A program made the position numbers and the translations under genes. Positions 51,288-61,904 of a stretch of DNA of 64,000 bases are shown in pieces. Origin of the DNA: Gemmatales bacterium (GTDB lineage: Bacteria > Planctomycetota > Planctomycetia > Gemmatales > HRBIN36). Position 1 is the stretch's first letter, and every line of letters starts with the position of its first letter. Location: assembly GCA_041640595.1 (NCBI GenBank), contig JBEPZY010000008.1, positions 8,484-72,483 of the forward strand. Direction: 5' to 3'. The notes below the pieces were generated by a model, which was not told the origin of the DNA, searched no databases, and saw only the letters and a program-made list of their open reading frames with translations.

Positions 51288-51646
51288 GCTGAGCTCCTGC
51301 TTCAGTTGGCCAGTCGAGCAAAAATAAAACCAGTCGGCGTGCGGCAGCAAGTCTCCATGGGACGTATGCACCGGCTGTATGGTATGGACGCTGTCAAACA
51401 AGTATTAGCTCGATCGCAGCAACCCGGCCAGTCAAGGTGGCGGCGAAAAACAAACCTGCTGCATGTGCCGGGCCTGTGCAAAGCTATTTTCCACCGAGGA
51501 GAGTTTCCCCTGGTTACCGGTTTTCGGTGGATGAAGATTCGCCGGATTGGTCTGGAACGGCAAGGGCAACGCATATATACTTAAATGTGCCGGCAAGCCC
51601 GGTGGTAAGGCTTGCGAATTTCGATTAGCCAGGCTTGTCCGGTTGG

Positions 51647-51722
51647 CGGGGCGTAGCTCAGCTTGGATTAGAGCGCCAGAATGGGGTTCTGGAGGTCGCA
51701 GGTTCAAATCCTGTCGCCCCGA
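51647..51722 (+). tRNA. tRNA-Pro(GGG), CCA not encoded
   Basis: Acceptor stem CGGGGCG/CGCCCCG, anticodon arm CCAGA-ATGGGGT-TCTGG, T-loop GGTTCAAATCC. Confidence 0.96.
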
Positions 51723-51729
51723 CTTTGCG

Positions 51730-51759
51730 AAATGGCCGTCCTGGTGCGACGGCCATTTT
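51730..51759 (+). terminator. Probable intrinsic terminator after tRNA-Pro
   Basis: AAATGGCCGTC-ctggtgc-GACGGCCATTT perfect 11-bp stem followed by T-rich sequence. Confidence 0.7.
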
Positions 51760-51851
51760 GATTTGCTGCCTACCGTCGCGGAGATGGAAAGCCTGACCGG
51801 ATGAGCCAGTGACCAAAGTCCCGGCCCGAACCTGCCAGGGATGAGCAAAAG

Positions 51852-53072
51852 GTGGAATCGGGCGTGCACATCTTTATAAGTGCGGGCGAGCCAAGCGGCG
51901 ATTTGCACGGAAGCAATCTGGCCCGGGCGTTGCGATCCCTTCGGCCTGATGTTTCCCTGAGCGGTCTGGGCGGCCGACGCATGCACGAAAGCGGCTGCCA
52001 TTTGCTCTATCCCCTGGCCGAGGAACCAGTAATTGGATTATGGCCGGCGGTGCAACGTTTACCTTTCTTTGTTCGTTTGCTGCAACAGGTGGAGCAATGG
52101 TTCGCGCGCTCCCGACCCGACCTGGTGGTGCTGGTGGACAATCCCGGTTTCAACTGGTGGGTGGCGCGTCGCGCTCGGCAATACGGCATTCCCGTCTGGT
52201 ACTTTGTCCCGCCGCAGTTGTGGGCCTGGGGAGGCTGGCGGATACGCAAAATGCGCCGGCTGGTGGAACGGGTACTTTGTGGATTGCCGTTCGAAGCGGC
52301 ATGGTTCCGTCGTCGCGGCGTGCGAGCGGAATATATCGGTCATCCTTACTGCGATGCTCTGCACCAACAACGGTATGACGAAACTTTTCTCCAACAACAA
52401 CGGGAGCGTGGCGGCACTATCGTAGGCTTGCTACCCGGTTCCCGACGCCGCGAAGTAGAACACAACTTCCCCTCGCTGTATCGTACCGCACAACTTCTCA
52501 GCCTGGATCGGCCCGAACTTCGTTTCCTGGTGGCGTGTTATCGGCAGGAGCACGCGGATTGGATCCGGCGATACCTGCAACAACACGAGCACAACGCCGC
52601 AGTAGCAGTTTCGTCCCATGGACAAACTCGCGGGCACGCTCCGACATTGTGCGAACGGCTGGAAGTGCACGTGGGACGAACCGCGGAGATCATCCAGTTG
52701 TCGCGGGTTTGTGCCGCGGTGTCCGGATCGGTAACGCTGGAACTGCTCTATCACGCTCGCCCGGCGTGTGTCCTTTACCGCATACCGGCCTGGACGAAGT
52801 GCCTCGCTCCGATACTCCTTCGCTGTCGGTACGTCACGCTGGTCAATCTCCTGGCCGAGCGAGAATTATTTCCGGAATTCGTTCGTGTGCGTTGTCCTGC
52901 CGGGGCTATGGCTCAAACCCTGAGAAACTGGCTCGAAAACGCCGAGCGCTGGCAGGAATGTCACCAGGCACTTCTGGAATTGCGGCAACGTTTCTTTCAA
53001 CCGGGCGCCTGTCAGCGTGCTGCAAGTTTGATGCTGCAACGCTTGCAGGCCGGATATGCCGCAGCGGCGTGA
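51852..53072 (+). CDS. lpxB: Lipid-A-disaccharide synthase
   Basis: ISAGEPSGDLHG, VDNPGFN, PPQLWAW, LLPGSRRREV, SGSVTLE. Confidence 0.96.
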   Translation: MESGVHIFISAGEPSGDLHGSNLARALRSLRPDVSLSGLGGRRMHESGCHLLYPLAEEPVIGLWPAVQRLPFFVRLLQQVEQWFARSRPDLVVLVDNPGFNWWVARRARQYGIPVWYFVPPQLWAWGGWRIRKMRRLVERVLCGLPFEAAWFRRRGVRAEYIGHPYCDALHQQRYDETFLQQQRERGGTIVGLLPGSRRREVEHNFPSLYRTAQLLSLDRPELRFLVACYRQEHADWIRRYLQQHEHNAAVAVSSHGQTRGHAPTLCERLEVHVGRTAEIIQLSRVCAAVSGSVTLELLYHARPACVLYRIPAWTKCLAPILLRCRYVTLVNLLAERELFPEFVRVRCPAGAMAQTLRNWLENAERWQECHQALLELRQRFFQPGACQRAASLMLQRLQAGYAAAA

Positions 53073-53191
53073 CAGACGGGTTTCGTCTGCATGTGCATAG
53101 AACCGTGTTTCATCGGCTGACGCGAAGACACCATTTGCGTGCGTAGTTTGTTCTCCAGCGTAAGGGGCTGTGCCTCTGCGATACAATTGCG

Positions 53192-56100
53192 TCAGGCGGA
53201 GCGGGCCAGTGTAACGCTGCCCGGATGCAACCGTTCCCGCAGGAACACCAGGAGATGTTCCCAGGCCGCCAGACCATCCTGACTGTGTTCGGCCAGCAAC
53301 TGCTCCAGGTCAGCCAGCAAATCCGCAATTTTGCTATAGGGCGGTTCTGCCCGACCCAGTAAACGTTCACAAATGGAACGGTACGGATTATCGGTTTCGC
53401 GTTTCCATTGCGGGCCGGCCTTGAGCCAGCTCATGGCGATGCGTCCCAGTGCCCGGAGATCGGCCAGCCGCAAATCTTCCGGCTCTTCGGTGGAATGTTC
53501 CGGGAAAAGCCAGAGCGGTTCGCCCAGTCCGCAGACTTTGAGTTCGCCGTTTTCGGTGAGCAGAAGCCGACCGGCGTGTAAATGGCCATGAGCCAGGCCC
53601 GCTTCGTGGGCTGCGTTCAGACCAGCAGCGGCCTGATGCACTAACCGCAACCAGACAGCAGGAACCGCTGCGAATTCCTGCCATTCCGGCCCGGGCACGC
53701 CGTCAATCCATTCCACCAGCACTGCCGGGCTGCCTTGCCAGTCAAACACTTCTCGGGTGCGGGCCAGATTCGGATGCTGTAACGGAACGGCACGCTGAAA
53801 TGACTCCCGATATTCTTGTCGTCTCGGTTCCTCGACCGCTGCGGAAAGATGTCGCAATAACCCTTCGCTGCCACTTTCCGGGTCGAAAACGCGATAAATG
53901 GTTTCCAGCGGCGTCAGGCGCAACCGATCCAGGATACGCAACCTGCCCGCCAGTAAGGCGTCCAGGCGGTTGGCCTCGATCATTTCCAGCTGGAAAGCGG
54001 ATAGATATTCGCCTTCCAGGAGCAGGTCACGCAGGGAACATTCACGCCGGCGAGCATCGGCAAGCAAGGCGGCTAATGTCGGGCGGTCAATTACCTCGGC
54101 GGTGAGCAGTTGTTCGGCCAGTTGCAGGTCGGCGGGCGAGGCGGTGGACAGGGAAGGCGTTTCCGAGTCCTCGGCGATGGTCAATAACTTTTTGCCGGCC
54201 AGTTCCCGCAGTTTTCGCCGATACCACGATTGCAAATCCAGCAGTTGCCGTTCCAGTTCCGACTGTTGTGCGGAGACGATGCGGCGGGCTTCGGCAAGAT
54301 GTTCGGCTTCCTGGGCGAGTCGGGAGCTGGCTTGCTGCAACTGAACCGCCTGGTGTTCCAGCTCGGCCTGTTTCTGGGCCAGTTGTGATTCATTCCGGGC
54401 CAGAGCCGACTTCCATTCCTGCACCTGGGCACGCCATTCACTAAGCTGCTGGCGAAACGCAGCAAGAGCGTGGCGATGTTCGGTCTGTGCCAACGCCAGC
54501 GCCTGTTCCTGCTGGCGTAATCGCTGGGCATACTCCTGCAATTCCTGCCAGGCACGCTCCCGAGCTGTTCGAACCTCTTTGGCATAGGCGTGCAACTCGT
54601 CCAGCTGTTCACGCAGGACATTGCGAGCTTGCGAGATTTTCTGCAACAGTTCACGTGCCTGGCCTGCCAGGATGGGTAATTGTTGTTGCCACTGGCGAAC
54701 GGCCTGCTCCCACTGGTCACGTTGCTGCTGCAATTGAGCTTGCTCGGCCTGAAGCTGTTGCTGCTGGCGGGTGAGCTCGTCGCGCTGCTGGCGTAATTCG
54801 CGGTGCTGGCGTAGCAGGTCCTCGAGCTGCTGAGCCAGAGCCTGTTCGCGCTGTTCCAGGGTGCGTTGTCGCTCGGCCAGCTCGGCCTGGGTTGCTTGCT
54901 GATGTTGTTGCCAGTTTCGCTGCTGCTCCAGCCAGGTTTGCTTCTCCTGATCGAGGCGCTGACGCTCGTCGGCCAGCTGTTGTTGCTGAGCTTGCAGCTG
55001 GCGGGTTTGCTCGGCCAGGAGTTGCTGCTGGTGCTGCCAATGCTGTTGCCGCTCAGCCAGGTCCTGTTCGCGCTGGATGAGCGTGGCATGGCGTCGGGCC
55101 AGTTGCCGCAACTGGTGTTTCAAGCGTCGCCGTTTCCAGGCATACTGGCGTGCAAGCATCCGCAGCACAATGGCGGTCTGCGTCTGGGCGACGGTATGTT
55201 CCTCGAGTTCCCATTCGGCCCGCTCCAGTCGGTTCTGCTGGTTCTGGAGTTCCTGCTGGTGTTGCCGCAGCTGCTGCTGGGCTTGTTCGAGTTCGCGGCT
55301 GCGGGTTTCGATAGCTTCCAGACGCGATTGCCAGACCGCCTGTTCCTGTTGCCAGGCCAGCTTCTCCTGTAGCAGCCGCCTGGAGGCACTGGCCAGGTTC
55401 TGCTCCTGTTCATCGAGACGCTCACGCAGAGCGAGCAATTCCTGCTCACGTTCCAGCAACTGGGCACGCAGTCGTTCGAGTCGAGTGCGGGCAGCTACGA
55501 ACAACGCCTGATGTTGTTCGAGGTGGCACTGGCGCTCATGCAACGCCTGCTCGCGTTCGTGAAGTTGTTGCTGACGCTCTTCCAGTTGCCGGCTGAGATT
55601 GTCCAGTTCGGTCTGACGCTGGGCGAGGGCATTTTCCTGTGCCCGACAAGCCTGTTCCCGTGCCGACAATTGCTGGCCCAATTCCTGAAGCTGGCGAGAG
55701 CGCTCATGGAGCTGTTGTTGCTGGTTCAGTAAATCGCTGCGCAAACGTTCGAGCTGAAGGGCGTCTTCGTGCAACCTGGCCACATCAGCGGCGAGTTGTT
55801 GTTGTTTTTCCGCCAGTTCCCGTTGCAGGGAGTCGAGCTGCTGCTGCCGGGTCTGGAGTTCCTGTTCGAGTTCGGCCTGCCATTCGGCGACCAGTCGGCG
55901 TTCCTCGTCGAGTCGTTGCTGTTGCTGGCGAAGCTGTTCGACAGCCGCCTCGTATTCCCGGTATTGCTGGGCAAAACTCTGCTGTTGCTGGCGGAACGAT
56001 TCGAGTTCGGAAGCAAGTTGCCGTTTTTCCCGCTGCACCTTGGCAGCAGCCCGGCGGACAGACTCTCGCAATGCCCGCAGATGATCACGGCGGTGCTGGT

Positions 56101-56899
56101 AAAGTGCGTCCAGTCGCTTTCGTTGCCGAAGCAATTCCTGTTCCTGCTGCTGCAAGCGTAATTGCTCGTGCTGGAGCTGTTCTTGTTGCTGGAGCAAAGT
56201 TTGCCGGTCGGCTTCCAAAGCAGCAAGGGCCTGTTGCAATCTGTCCCGGGCCTGGGTTAAATCCTGTTGCTGACGCTGCAGCTCCTCAGCTCTGCGATTC
56301 AGCTGGGCAAGCTCCTGCTCGGCTTCGTGACGCCATTGCTGCCGTTCCTGCTCGAATTGCCGCTGCTGCTCCTGCAACCATTGCACCGCTTCCAAAACGG
56401 AACGAGGCCAGACCGTCGGCACCGCCGGCAACATCTGTACAGCCTGGCCGGAAGTTTCGCCGGATGGCGTGTGCGAAACGGAAGAATCGGGTCGAACCCA
56501 TTCCGCCTCGATCATCAATGGGCCAATGCTCACCTGACAGGGCGGAACTGCGAAGAGTTGCCTGCCGTCTGGGTGATCGCCTTCGACCAGGCTGTTGGGA
56601 ACCGAATCCGTCGCGCAGTGGGGCGACCAGTCGGGGTGGAGTCGGCGTATGAGCAGCCCGGCAGATTCGGCGAGCATAACTGCGGCCAGCGCGGGAGAAC
56701 CGGACAGACGAATATCGCATTCGGCGGCGCTACCAATCAGCAAACCGCCGGGCAGGGACAATTCCAGCGTGCCGGAGTGCTGGTCGGCATAGCGCCAGCG
56801 GAGGCGCAGACGCCAGCCGAGGCTCTGCCCCGAAGGCTTGTTGCTCACTCCTGGCGAATGGATGACGCCGGCCTTCTCCGGAGCCGGCCGGTCGGCCAT
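53192..56899 (-). CDS. Large coiled-coil protein with an FHA-like N-terminus and a C-terminal degenerate Ser/Thr kinase-like domain
   Basis: LIGSAAECDIRL, ~750 aa of Q/E/R/L heptads, then LQHPNLAR, LVEWIDG, AHEAGLAHGHLHAGRLLL, LKVCGLG, DLRALG. RBS AAGGAG before ATG 56899. Confidence 0.85.
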   Translation of the reverse strand: MADRPAPEKAGVIHSPGVSNKPSGQSLGWRLRLRWRYADQHSGTLELSLPGGLLIGSAAECDIRLSGSPALAAVMLAESAGLLIRRLHPDWSPHCATDSVPNSLVEGDHPDGRQLFAVPPCQVSIGPLMIEAEWVRPDSSVSHTPSGETSGQAVQMLPAVPTVWPRSVLEAVQWLQEQQRQFEQERQQWRHEAEQELAQLNRRAEELQRQQQDLTQARDRLQQALAALEADRQTLLQQQEQLQHEQLRLQQQEQELLRQRKRLDALYQHRRDHLRALRESVRRAAAKVQREKRQLASELESFRQQQQSFAQQYREYEAAVEQLRQQQQRLDEERRLVAEWQAELEQELQTRQQQLDSLQRELAEKQQQLAADVARLHEDALQLERLRSDLLNQQQQLHERSRQLQELGQQLSAREQACRAQENALAQRQTELDNLSRQLEERQQQLHEREQALHERQCHLEQHQALFVAARTRLERLRAQLLEREQELLALRERLDEQEQNLASASRRLLQEKLAWQQEQAVWQSRLEAIETRSRELEQAQQQLRQHQQELQNQQNRLERAEWELEEHTVAQTQTAIVLRMLARQYAWKRRRLKHQLRQLARRHATLIQREQDLAERQQHWQHQQQLLAEQTRQLQAQQQQLADERQRLDQEKQTWLEQQRNWQQHQQATQAELAERQRTLEQREQALAQQLEDLLRQHRELRQQRDELTRQQQQLQAEQAQLQQQRDQWEQAVRQWQQQLPILAGQARELLQKISQARNVLREQLDELHAYAKEVRTARERAWQELQEYAQRLRQQEQALALAQTEHRHALAAFRQQLSEWRAQVQEWKSALARNESQLAQKQAELEHQAVQLQQASSRLAQEAEHLAEARRIVSAQQSELERQLLDLQSWYRRKLRELAGKKLLTIAEDSETPSLSTASPADLQLAEQLLTAEVIDRPTLAALLADARRRECSLRDLLLEGEYLSAFQLEMIEANRLDALLAGRLRILDRLRLTPLETIYRVFDPESGSEGLLRHLSAAVEEPRRQEYRESFQRAVPLQHPNLARTREVFDWQGSPAVLVEWIDGVPGPEWQEFAAVPAVWLRLVHQAAAGLNAAHEAGLAHGHLHAGRLLLTENGELKVCGLGEPLWLFPEHSTEEPEDLRLADLRALGRIAMSWLKAGPQWKRETDNPYRSICERLLGRAEPPYSKIADLLADLEQLLAEHSQDGLAAWEHLLVFLRERLHPGSVTLARSA

Positions 56900-57109
56900 T
56901 ACCCACTCCTTGACCGCGCGGTTAAGTTCCTGGCGAGCCAAAACGGCTTCGCCGCCGGCGGTTATAACTTCGTTTCGGAAATGCGGCAAGGCGGCTTTTG
57001 GCGAGTGTCGCCAGCCATGAACAGCGCAACGACTACCACCCAATCAGCACCGGCCAGCCGCGTATGCCGAAAACTCACCAGCGGCCGGCCGGCGATTGGG
57101 GAAGGCGTC

Positions 57110-58699
57110 TTACAAATGGTTCAGGAACACCAGCAGATCCGCCAGTTCCTGCCGGGAAAGTTCATGGGCCCGACCGTGGCGCCGCTGGAGATTATGTTTC
57201 GTGAAAACTTCTTCGAGCGTAGCCGCCCGACCATCATGAAGATACGGTGCAGTGAGACGCAAACCCCGTAGCGATGGGGTGTCGAATCGGCTTTCATAAA
57301 CGTCGCCGGTACCCACATCATGCGTCAAACCGTCCTGGTAGGTGTCGGGGCGATGGCAGCGAGCGCAGTCCGCTTTGCCGAAAAACAATGCTCGACCCCG
57401 CTGGTAGGCAGCCTGTTTTTCCGCAGGCACAGTTGCCGGCGGCGGTGGAGGCAACGAAGCGACATACGCAACAAGTGCGGAAAGTTCTTCGGCAGTCGGC
57501 TCATAACGGTGTGTAGTGCGGAGTGTGCCGGCAATACGGTCAGCCAGTGTCGGCGAACTGCCCAGCCAGCCATAGGGGGCAGTATCGCGGCAACCCCATA
57601 GCGCACGGGTATTCTTGGGATTACCGACGCCGTCACGGGGCAGATCCCAGTTGAGGCTATCCGCTCCCCCACCGGGATGGCAACTGGCGCAACTGAACTG
57701 TCCGTGCTGCGTCAGCCGCGCGGAGTGAAACAGGATTTCACCTCGTCGAATCACGTCGGGTTTCGGACCACCCAGAGCAATATGTCTCACCAGGCGCATT
57801 CCCGCCGTATCCATCACGGTCAGGGAATCGCTTAGAAAATTGCTGGCGACCAACGTTCGTCCATCTGGCGAAAGGGCCAGGCGTCGGGGATTGCTCTCGG
57901 TTGGAATGCGGGCCAGCACCAGCCAGCGAGAGGACGTAAGATCATCGCGGCGCAAGTAGGGATTCAGTCGGCTGTCAGCGGGTTCTGCGACGACACGCGA
58001 AGCCACTCGGGGGAATTGCCGCAGATCAATCACCGCTACGCAATCGCTGCCCGCCGACGCAATGTACGCTCTCTGCCCGTCGTCTGACACCACGATGTCG
58101 CTGGGATCAGCGAATCCGTGTTCCGGTTCGTCGAGCGCAGCCGTTTCCCACATGTAACCCACCTGCCCTGTCCAGCGCGTCAACCCGCTGGTGAAAACCC
58201 AGCCCTGATTGAGTTGCGTAGCCGGCAGAGAAAACCTCGGCCAGGTGTGTACCATCCAGCCGGATTCGGGCCGACCCCAGAGAGCCCGAATCGGTCCGGC
58301 TCGCGGTGGCTGCAACTGCGATACCAGCCCTCGCAATTCCTGCTGATGAACGACCGGCTCATTCGGGCGGGACTCTTCCCGGTCTGGAGGCCATTTCTCC
58401 CTGGCCAGTATCCGACCCGCCACCAGGTCCACAGTGACCGTTTCCCGCGTACCGGTCAATTCGACCTGTACCTGCGTGGCGCCCACAAACCGCACCGTCA
58501 GGGGATTCAAGTAGGCCGGTCTGCTGGAGTGAGCGGGATCGCTTGCCGCAGGCCCGGCCCCGCCGGTTGCTGCATACAGGCACACCATCCCGACGGCCAG
58601 CCAAACCGCCTTTCTGGCCACCGATCGCACAGTGCTCCGAATCAGGCATTCGCGCCGCCTCATGTCTGACTCTCCAACATCCGGCCGCGATGGTGCCAT
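57110..58699 (-). CDS. Secreted YVTN-like beta-propeller plus di-heme cytochrome c (CCP/MauG-like) protein
   Basis: Two heme motifs, CASCH and CARCH; DTPSLRGL...APYLHDG; NPRRLALSPDG. Start uncertain. Confidence 0.88.
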   Translation of the reverse strand: MAPSRPDVGESDMRRRECLIRSTVRSVARKAVWLAVGMVCLYAATGGAGPAASDPAHSSRPAYLNPLTVRFVGATQVQVELTGTRETVTVDLVAGRILAREKWPPDREESRPNEPVVHQQELRGLVSQLQPPRAGPIRALWGRPESGWMVHTWPRFSLPATQLNQGWVFTSGLTRWTGQVGYMWETAALDEPEHGFADPSDIVVSDDGQRAYIASAGSDCVAVIDLRQFPRVASRVVAEPADSRLNPYLRRDDLTSSRWLVLARIPTESNPRRLALSPDGRTLVASNFLSDSLTVMDTAGMRLVRHIALGGPKPDVIRRGEILFHSARLTQHGQFSCASCHPGGGADSLNWDLPRDGVGNPKNTRALWGCRDTAPYGWLGSSPTLADRIAGTLRTTHRYEPTAEELSALVAYVASLPPPPPATVPAEKQAAYQRGRALFFGKADCARCHRPDTYQDGLTHDVGTGDVYESRFDTPSLRGLRLTAPYLHDGRAATLEEVFTKHNLQRRHGRAHELSRQELADLLVFLNHL

Positions 58700-58719
58700 T
58701 GTATGGGTTGCCGATGCGT

Positions 58720-59967
58720 TTATCGAGTCGCGTCTTCGCCCCGGTATAGAGAATCGCCGACGACCGTGTAACGAACACGCAAACGGTCAGTCGCCACGTC
58801 GAAGAGGACGAAATTGGCCGGCTGCCCGACCACAAATCCCGGTACCGGCATACCGAACAGAACGCGGGGTTGTGTCACGGCCAGGGAAATGGCTTCGCTC
58901 AAGGCGATCTCACCATCCTGCCAAGCACGGAAAATACACGTATCCAGAAACGAGCACGCTCCGGCCAGCAGATTTCCTCCGCGTTCATCCACGACGACAG
59001 CGCGACCACTGGGCGTAACCTCAATCGTAGTGTTCCAGAGCTGATAGCGACCAGCAGGCAGACCGGCCAGCGGACTGGCGTCGCTGACCAGCAAACAACG
59101 TTGCGGCGTTTTGCAACGCAGGATGCATTTAATGACCGCCGCGGGCAGATGGTGACCATCGGCGATCAAACTGGCCCACAACGGATCGGCGGCCAGCTGA
59201 TCCCACAGATAGTTCGGATGTCGCGGCAAGAGTAAATCGCAGCCGTTGCCCAGGTGAGTGCATAAACGCGCCCCGGCACGAATGGCGTCGCAGATCTGCT
59301 CAGCGCTGGCCTGATGGTGTCCTAAGGCCACGATGATCCCCTGTTCGACCAGCCAGGAGATGAAATCGCATACACCAGGCCAGTGAGGAGACAACGTAAC
59401 CATGCGGATTCGACCTTCGGCTGCCTCCTGGAGACGGCGAAACTCGTCCTGGTTCGGTGGGCGAATGTGTTCGGCTGGGTGCGCGCCTCGCGGCCCCGGT
59501 GCCGGGCAAATGTAAGGCCCTTCGAGATGAAAGCCGATAACGGCCTGGCGGATTGTCTCATCCTGCTGTGCCGCCAGTGCCAGGGTTCGCAGGGCTGCGG
59601 TTAGCGTTACTTCATCGCTGGTGATGACGGTTGGGCACAGCATAGTCGTGCCGTGTTGGTGACATAGCTCTGTCACCGCCCGCACCTGCTCGATCGTCAA
59701 GTGTCGCGACGTAAAGTTGTGGCCGAGGGCACCGTTGATCTGAACGTCGCAAAAACCGGGAGCGATGTATTCCGCTTCCAGCACTGTCCCAGCGCTTTCC
59801 GCCGGCGAGGCACTGTCGGCCAGGCGAGATGCTTGCGGGAATGCGTTTTCAGCGCCCGGAGCAAGCTCGGGAAAACGTGGCCGCAACTGTGCAACTTTTC
59901 CGTCGCGCACAACGATTTCGACCGGCTGACCAGTGTCATAGCGCTTGCCGCGCAGCCTCACGCTCAT
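58720..59967 (-). CDS. nagA: N-acetylglucosamine-6-phosphate deacetylase family amidohydrolase
   Basis: PGFCDVQING, HLEGPYI, RGAHP, THLGNG, IADGHHL, LVSDA, LAGA. Confidence 0.88.
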   Translation of the reverse strand: MSVRLRGKRYDTGQPVEIVVRDGKVAQLRPRFPELAPGAENAFPQASRLADSASPAESAGTVLEAEYIAPGFCDVQINGALGHNFTSRHLTIEQVRAVTELCHQHGTTMLCPTVITSDEVTLTAALRTLALAAQQDETIRQAVIGFHLEGPYICPAPGPRGAHPAEHIRPPNQDEFRRLQEAAEGRIRMVTLSPHWPGVCDFISWLVEQGIIVALGHHQASAEQICDAIRAGARLCTHLGNGCDLLLPRHPNYLWDQLAADPLWASLIADGHHLPAAVIKCILRCKTPQRCLLVSDASPLAGLPAGRYQLWNTTIEVTPSGRAVVVDERGGNLLAGACSFLDTCIFRAWQDGEIALSEAISLAVTQPRVLFGMPVPGFVVGQPANFVLFDVATDRLRVRYTVVGDSLYRGEDATR

Positions 59968-60091
59968 AGCCCATTCCTGACAGCAGTCTTCGCCTGGTGC
60001 GAGCCAGCGCCCGTTCACGGTGACCGGCAAGTTGTCACCAGCAAACCGCCGGCATAATTACGGTTACTGGCCCGGTCGCCAGCCGATGTTC

Positions 60092-61642
60092 CTACTCCCA
60101 TTCAATAGTGGCCGGGGGCTTGCTGCTGATGTCATAGACAACGCGATTGACGCCCCTGACTTCGTTGATAATTCGGGTGGCCACGTGGGCGAGAAAATCA
60201 TGCGGCAATCGAGCCCAGTCGGCGGTCATGAAATCTTCAGTGGTCACGGCTCGCAAAGCCACGACGTTTTCGTAGGTGCGATAATCGCCCATGACGCCGA
60301 CCGATTGCACTGGTAACAACACGGCAAAAGCCTGGGCCACCTGGCGGTATAATCCGGTTTTTTTGAGTTCCTCCAGGAAAATGCTGTCCGCCTCGCGGAG
60401 AATAGCGAGCCGCTCTGCGGTCACTTCGCCCAGGCATCGCACCGCCAATCCTGGTCCGGGAAATGGGTGCCGCCAGACCAGCCGTTCTGGTAGGCCGAGT
60501 TCGATGCCCAGTTGTCGAACTTCGTCCTTGAAGAGGTCGCGCAAAGGTTCGAGAAGTTCGAAACCCAGTTCGGCAGGGAGTCCGCCGACATTGTGGTGAG
60601 TCTTAATCGTCGAAGCCGGGCTGTTCGCGTTTCCCCCGCTTTCGATCACGTCGGGGTAGATCGTGCCCTGGGCCAGGAATTTCGCCCCGGGAATGCGGCG
60701 GGCTTCTTCCTTGAAAACTTCGATGAAGACGTGGCCAATAATGCGGCGTTTTTCCTGCGGATCGGTCACACCCCGTAATGCGCCAAGGAACCGTTCCTGG
60801 GCGTTGACGATGTGCAGGTCAGCATGAAACGATTGGCCGAAAGTTTGCCGCACTGCTTCGACTTCGCCTTTGCGTAAGAGGCCGTTGTCCACGAAAATGC
60901 AGGCCACCTGGGGACCAACAGCCTTCAGCAACAAAGCCGCGGTTACCGAGGAATCCACGCCGCCGGACAACCCGCAAATAACCCGGTGAGGGCCAACGCG
61001 CTGACGCAACTGCTGCACTGTCGCTTCAATGAACGATGCCATCTGCCACAGACCCTGGCAACCGCAAATCGAATAGAGGAAATTGCGAAGAATCTGGCGA
61101 CCGTGTTCGGTATGGGCAACTTCGGGGTGAAACTGCAGGCCGTAAATCGGACGCTGACGATGGCGAACCGCAGCAATGGGACATTGCGGTGTGCTCGCCA
61201 GTGAGACGAAATCTTCGCTGACGCGCACCACTTGATCGCCGTGGCTCATCCAGACAACACTCTGTGAAGGCAGGCCCTCCAGCAACGGGTCGCTGGTTAG
61301 AAACCGACAGGGAGTTCGCCCAAACTCGCGGGTGGGTACGGGTTCGACCACGCCTCCCAGGGCCTGACACAGCAATTGCATACCGTAACAAATCCCCAGA
61401 ATCGGGATGTTCAATTGCCACAACGCCGGATCGCAACGGGGAGCATTCGGCTCGTAAACACTGGCCGGGCCACCGGAAAGAATGATGCCTTTCGGAGCCA
61501 GAGCGGCGATTTCAGCGGCAGGGGTGTCGTAGCGGACGATTTGCGAGTAAACGTGCTGCTCGCGCACACGTCGGGCGATCAGTTGTACATACTGCGAACC
61601 GAAGTCCAAAATGACCACACGTTCCCGAATCGGCTCCATCAT
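60092..61642 (-). CDS. guaA: GMP synthase (glutamine-hydrolysing)
   Basis: [46 protein letters not shown]. Confidence 0.98.
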   Translation of the reverse strand: MMEPIRERVVILDFGSQYVQLIARRVREQHVYSQIVRYDTPAAEIAALAPKGIILSGGPASVYEPNAPRCDPALWQLNIPILGICYGMQLLCQALGGVVEPVPTREFGRTPCRFLTSDPLLEGLPSQSVVWMSHGDQVVRVSEDFVSLASTPQCPIAAVRHRQRPIYGLQFHPEVAHTEHGRQILRNFLYSICGCQGLWQMASFIEATVQQLRQRVGPHRVICGLSGGVDSSVTAALLLKAVGPQVACIFVDNGLLRKGEVEAVRQTFGQSFHADLHIVNAQERFLGALRGVTDPQEKRRIIGHVFIEVFKEEARRIPGAKFLAQGTIYPDVIESGGNANSPASTIKTHHNVGGLPAELGFELLEPLRDLFKDEVRQLGIELGLPERLVWRHPFPGPGLAVRCLGEVTAERLAILREADSIFLEELKKTGLYRQVAQAFAVLLPVQSVGVMGDYRTYENVVALRAVTTEDFMTADWARLPHDFLAHVATRIINEVRGVNRVVYDISSKPPATIEWE

Positions 61643-61697
61643 ACCGGCATTTTACGCATGGGTATGGACCAGTGCGGCAAGCTTGCAACCGCTCCCG

Positions 61698-61783
61698 GCC
61701 GGCTTGTGTCGTAGCCAATATACATGCGGAAAGCCAGGAACAGATGCGATTATCGCCGTTCGAGCCGGCTTGCGTCGTAGCCA
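61698..61783. repeat. 20-bp direct repeat pair, period 66
   Basis: gccggcttgygtcgtagcca at 61698 and 61764, in the intergenic region upstream of guaA. Confidence 0.7.
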
Positions 61784-61904
61784 GCAAGCCCGGGCGTGGT
61801 TTCCAGGGTTGCACAAGCTCGCTCCGTTTACTATGATGGTACGGACACATGGAAGTTAGGAACCTGCCACGGTCGGGCACAGATTCGTGAGGGAGGTCCC
61901 GTCC

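Noticed and set aside
51647..51760. tRNA-Pro as an island integration site
   Set aside because: No duplicated tRNA 3' end or integrase seen; the flanks are housekeeping genes (serS, lpxB).
54200..56400. CAG/CTG-rich quasi-repeats and long antisense ORFs
   Set aside because: Explained by Gln/Leu-rich coiled-coil codons of the minus-strand gene.
38230..59880. ~20-25-aa loop insertions in the GntR regulator, LpxB and NagA as coding survivors of the 66-bp process
   Set aside because: No flanking duplications are visible and insertion boundaries cannot be fixed without orthologue alignments.
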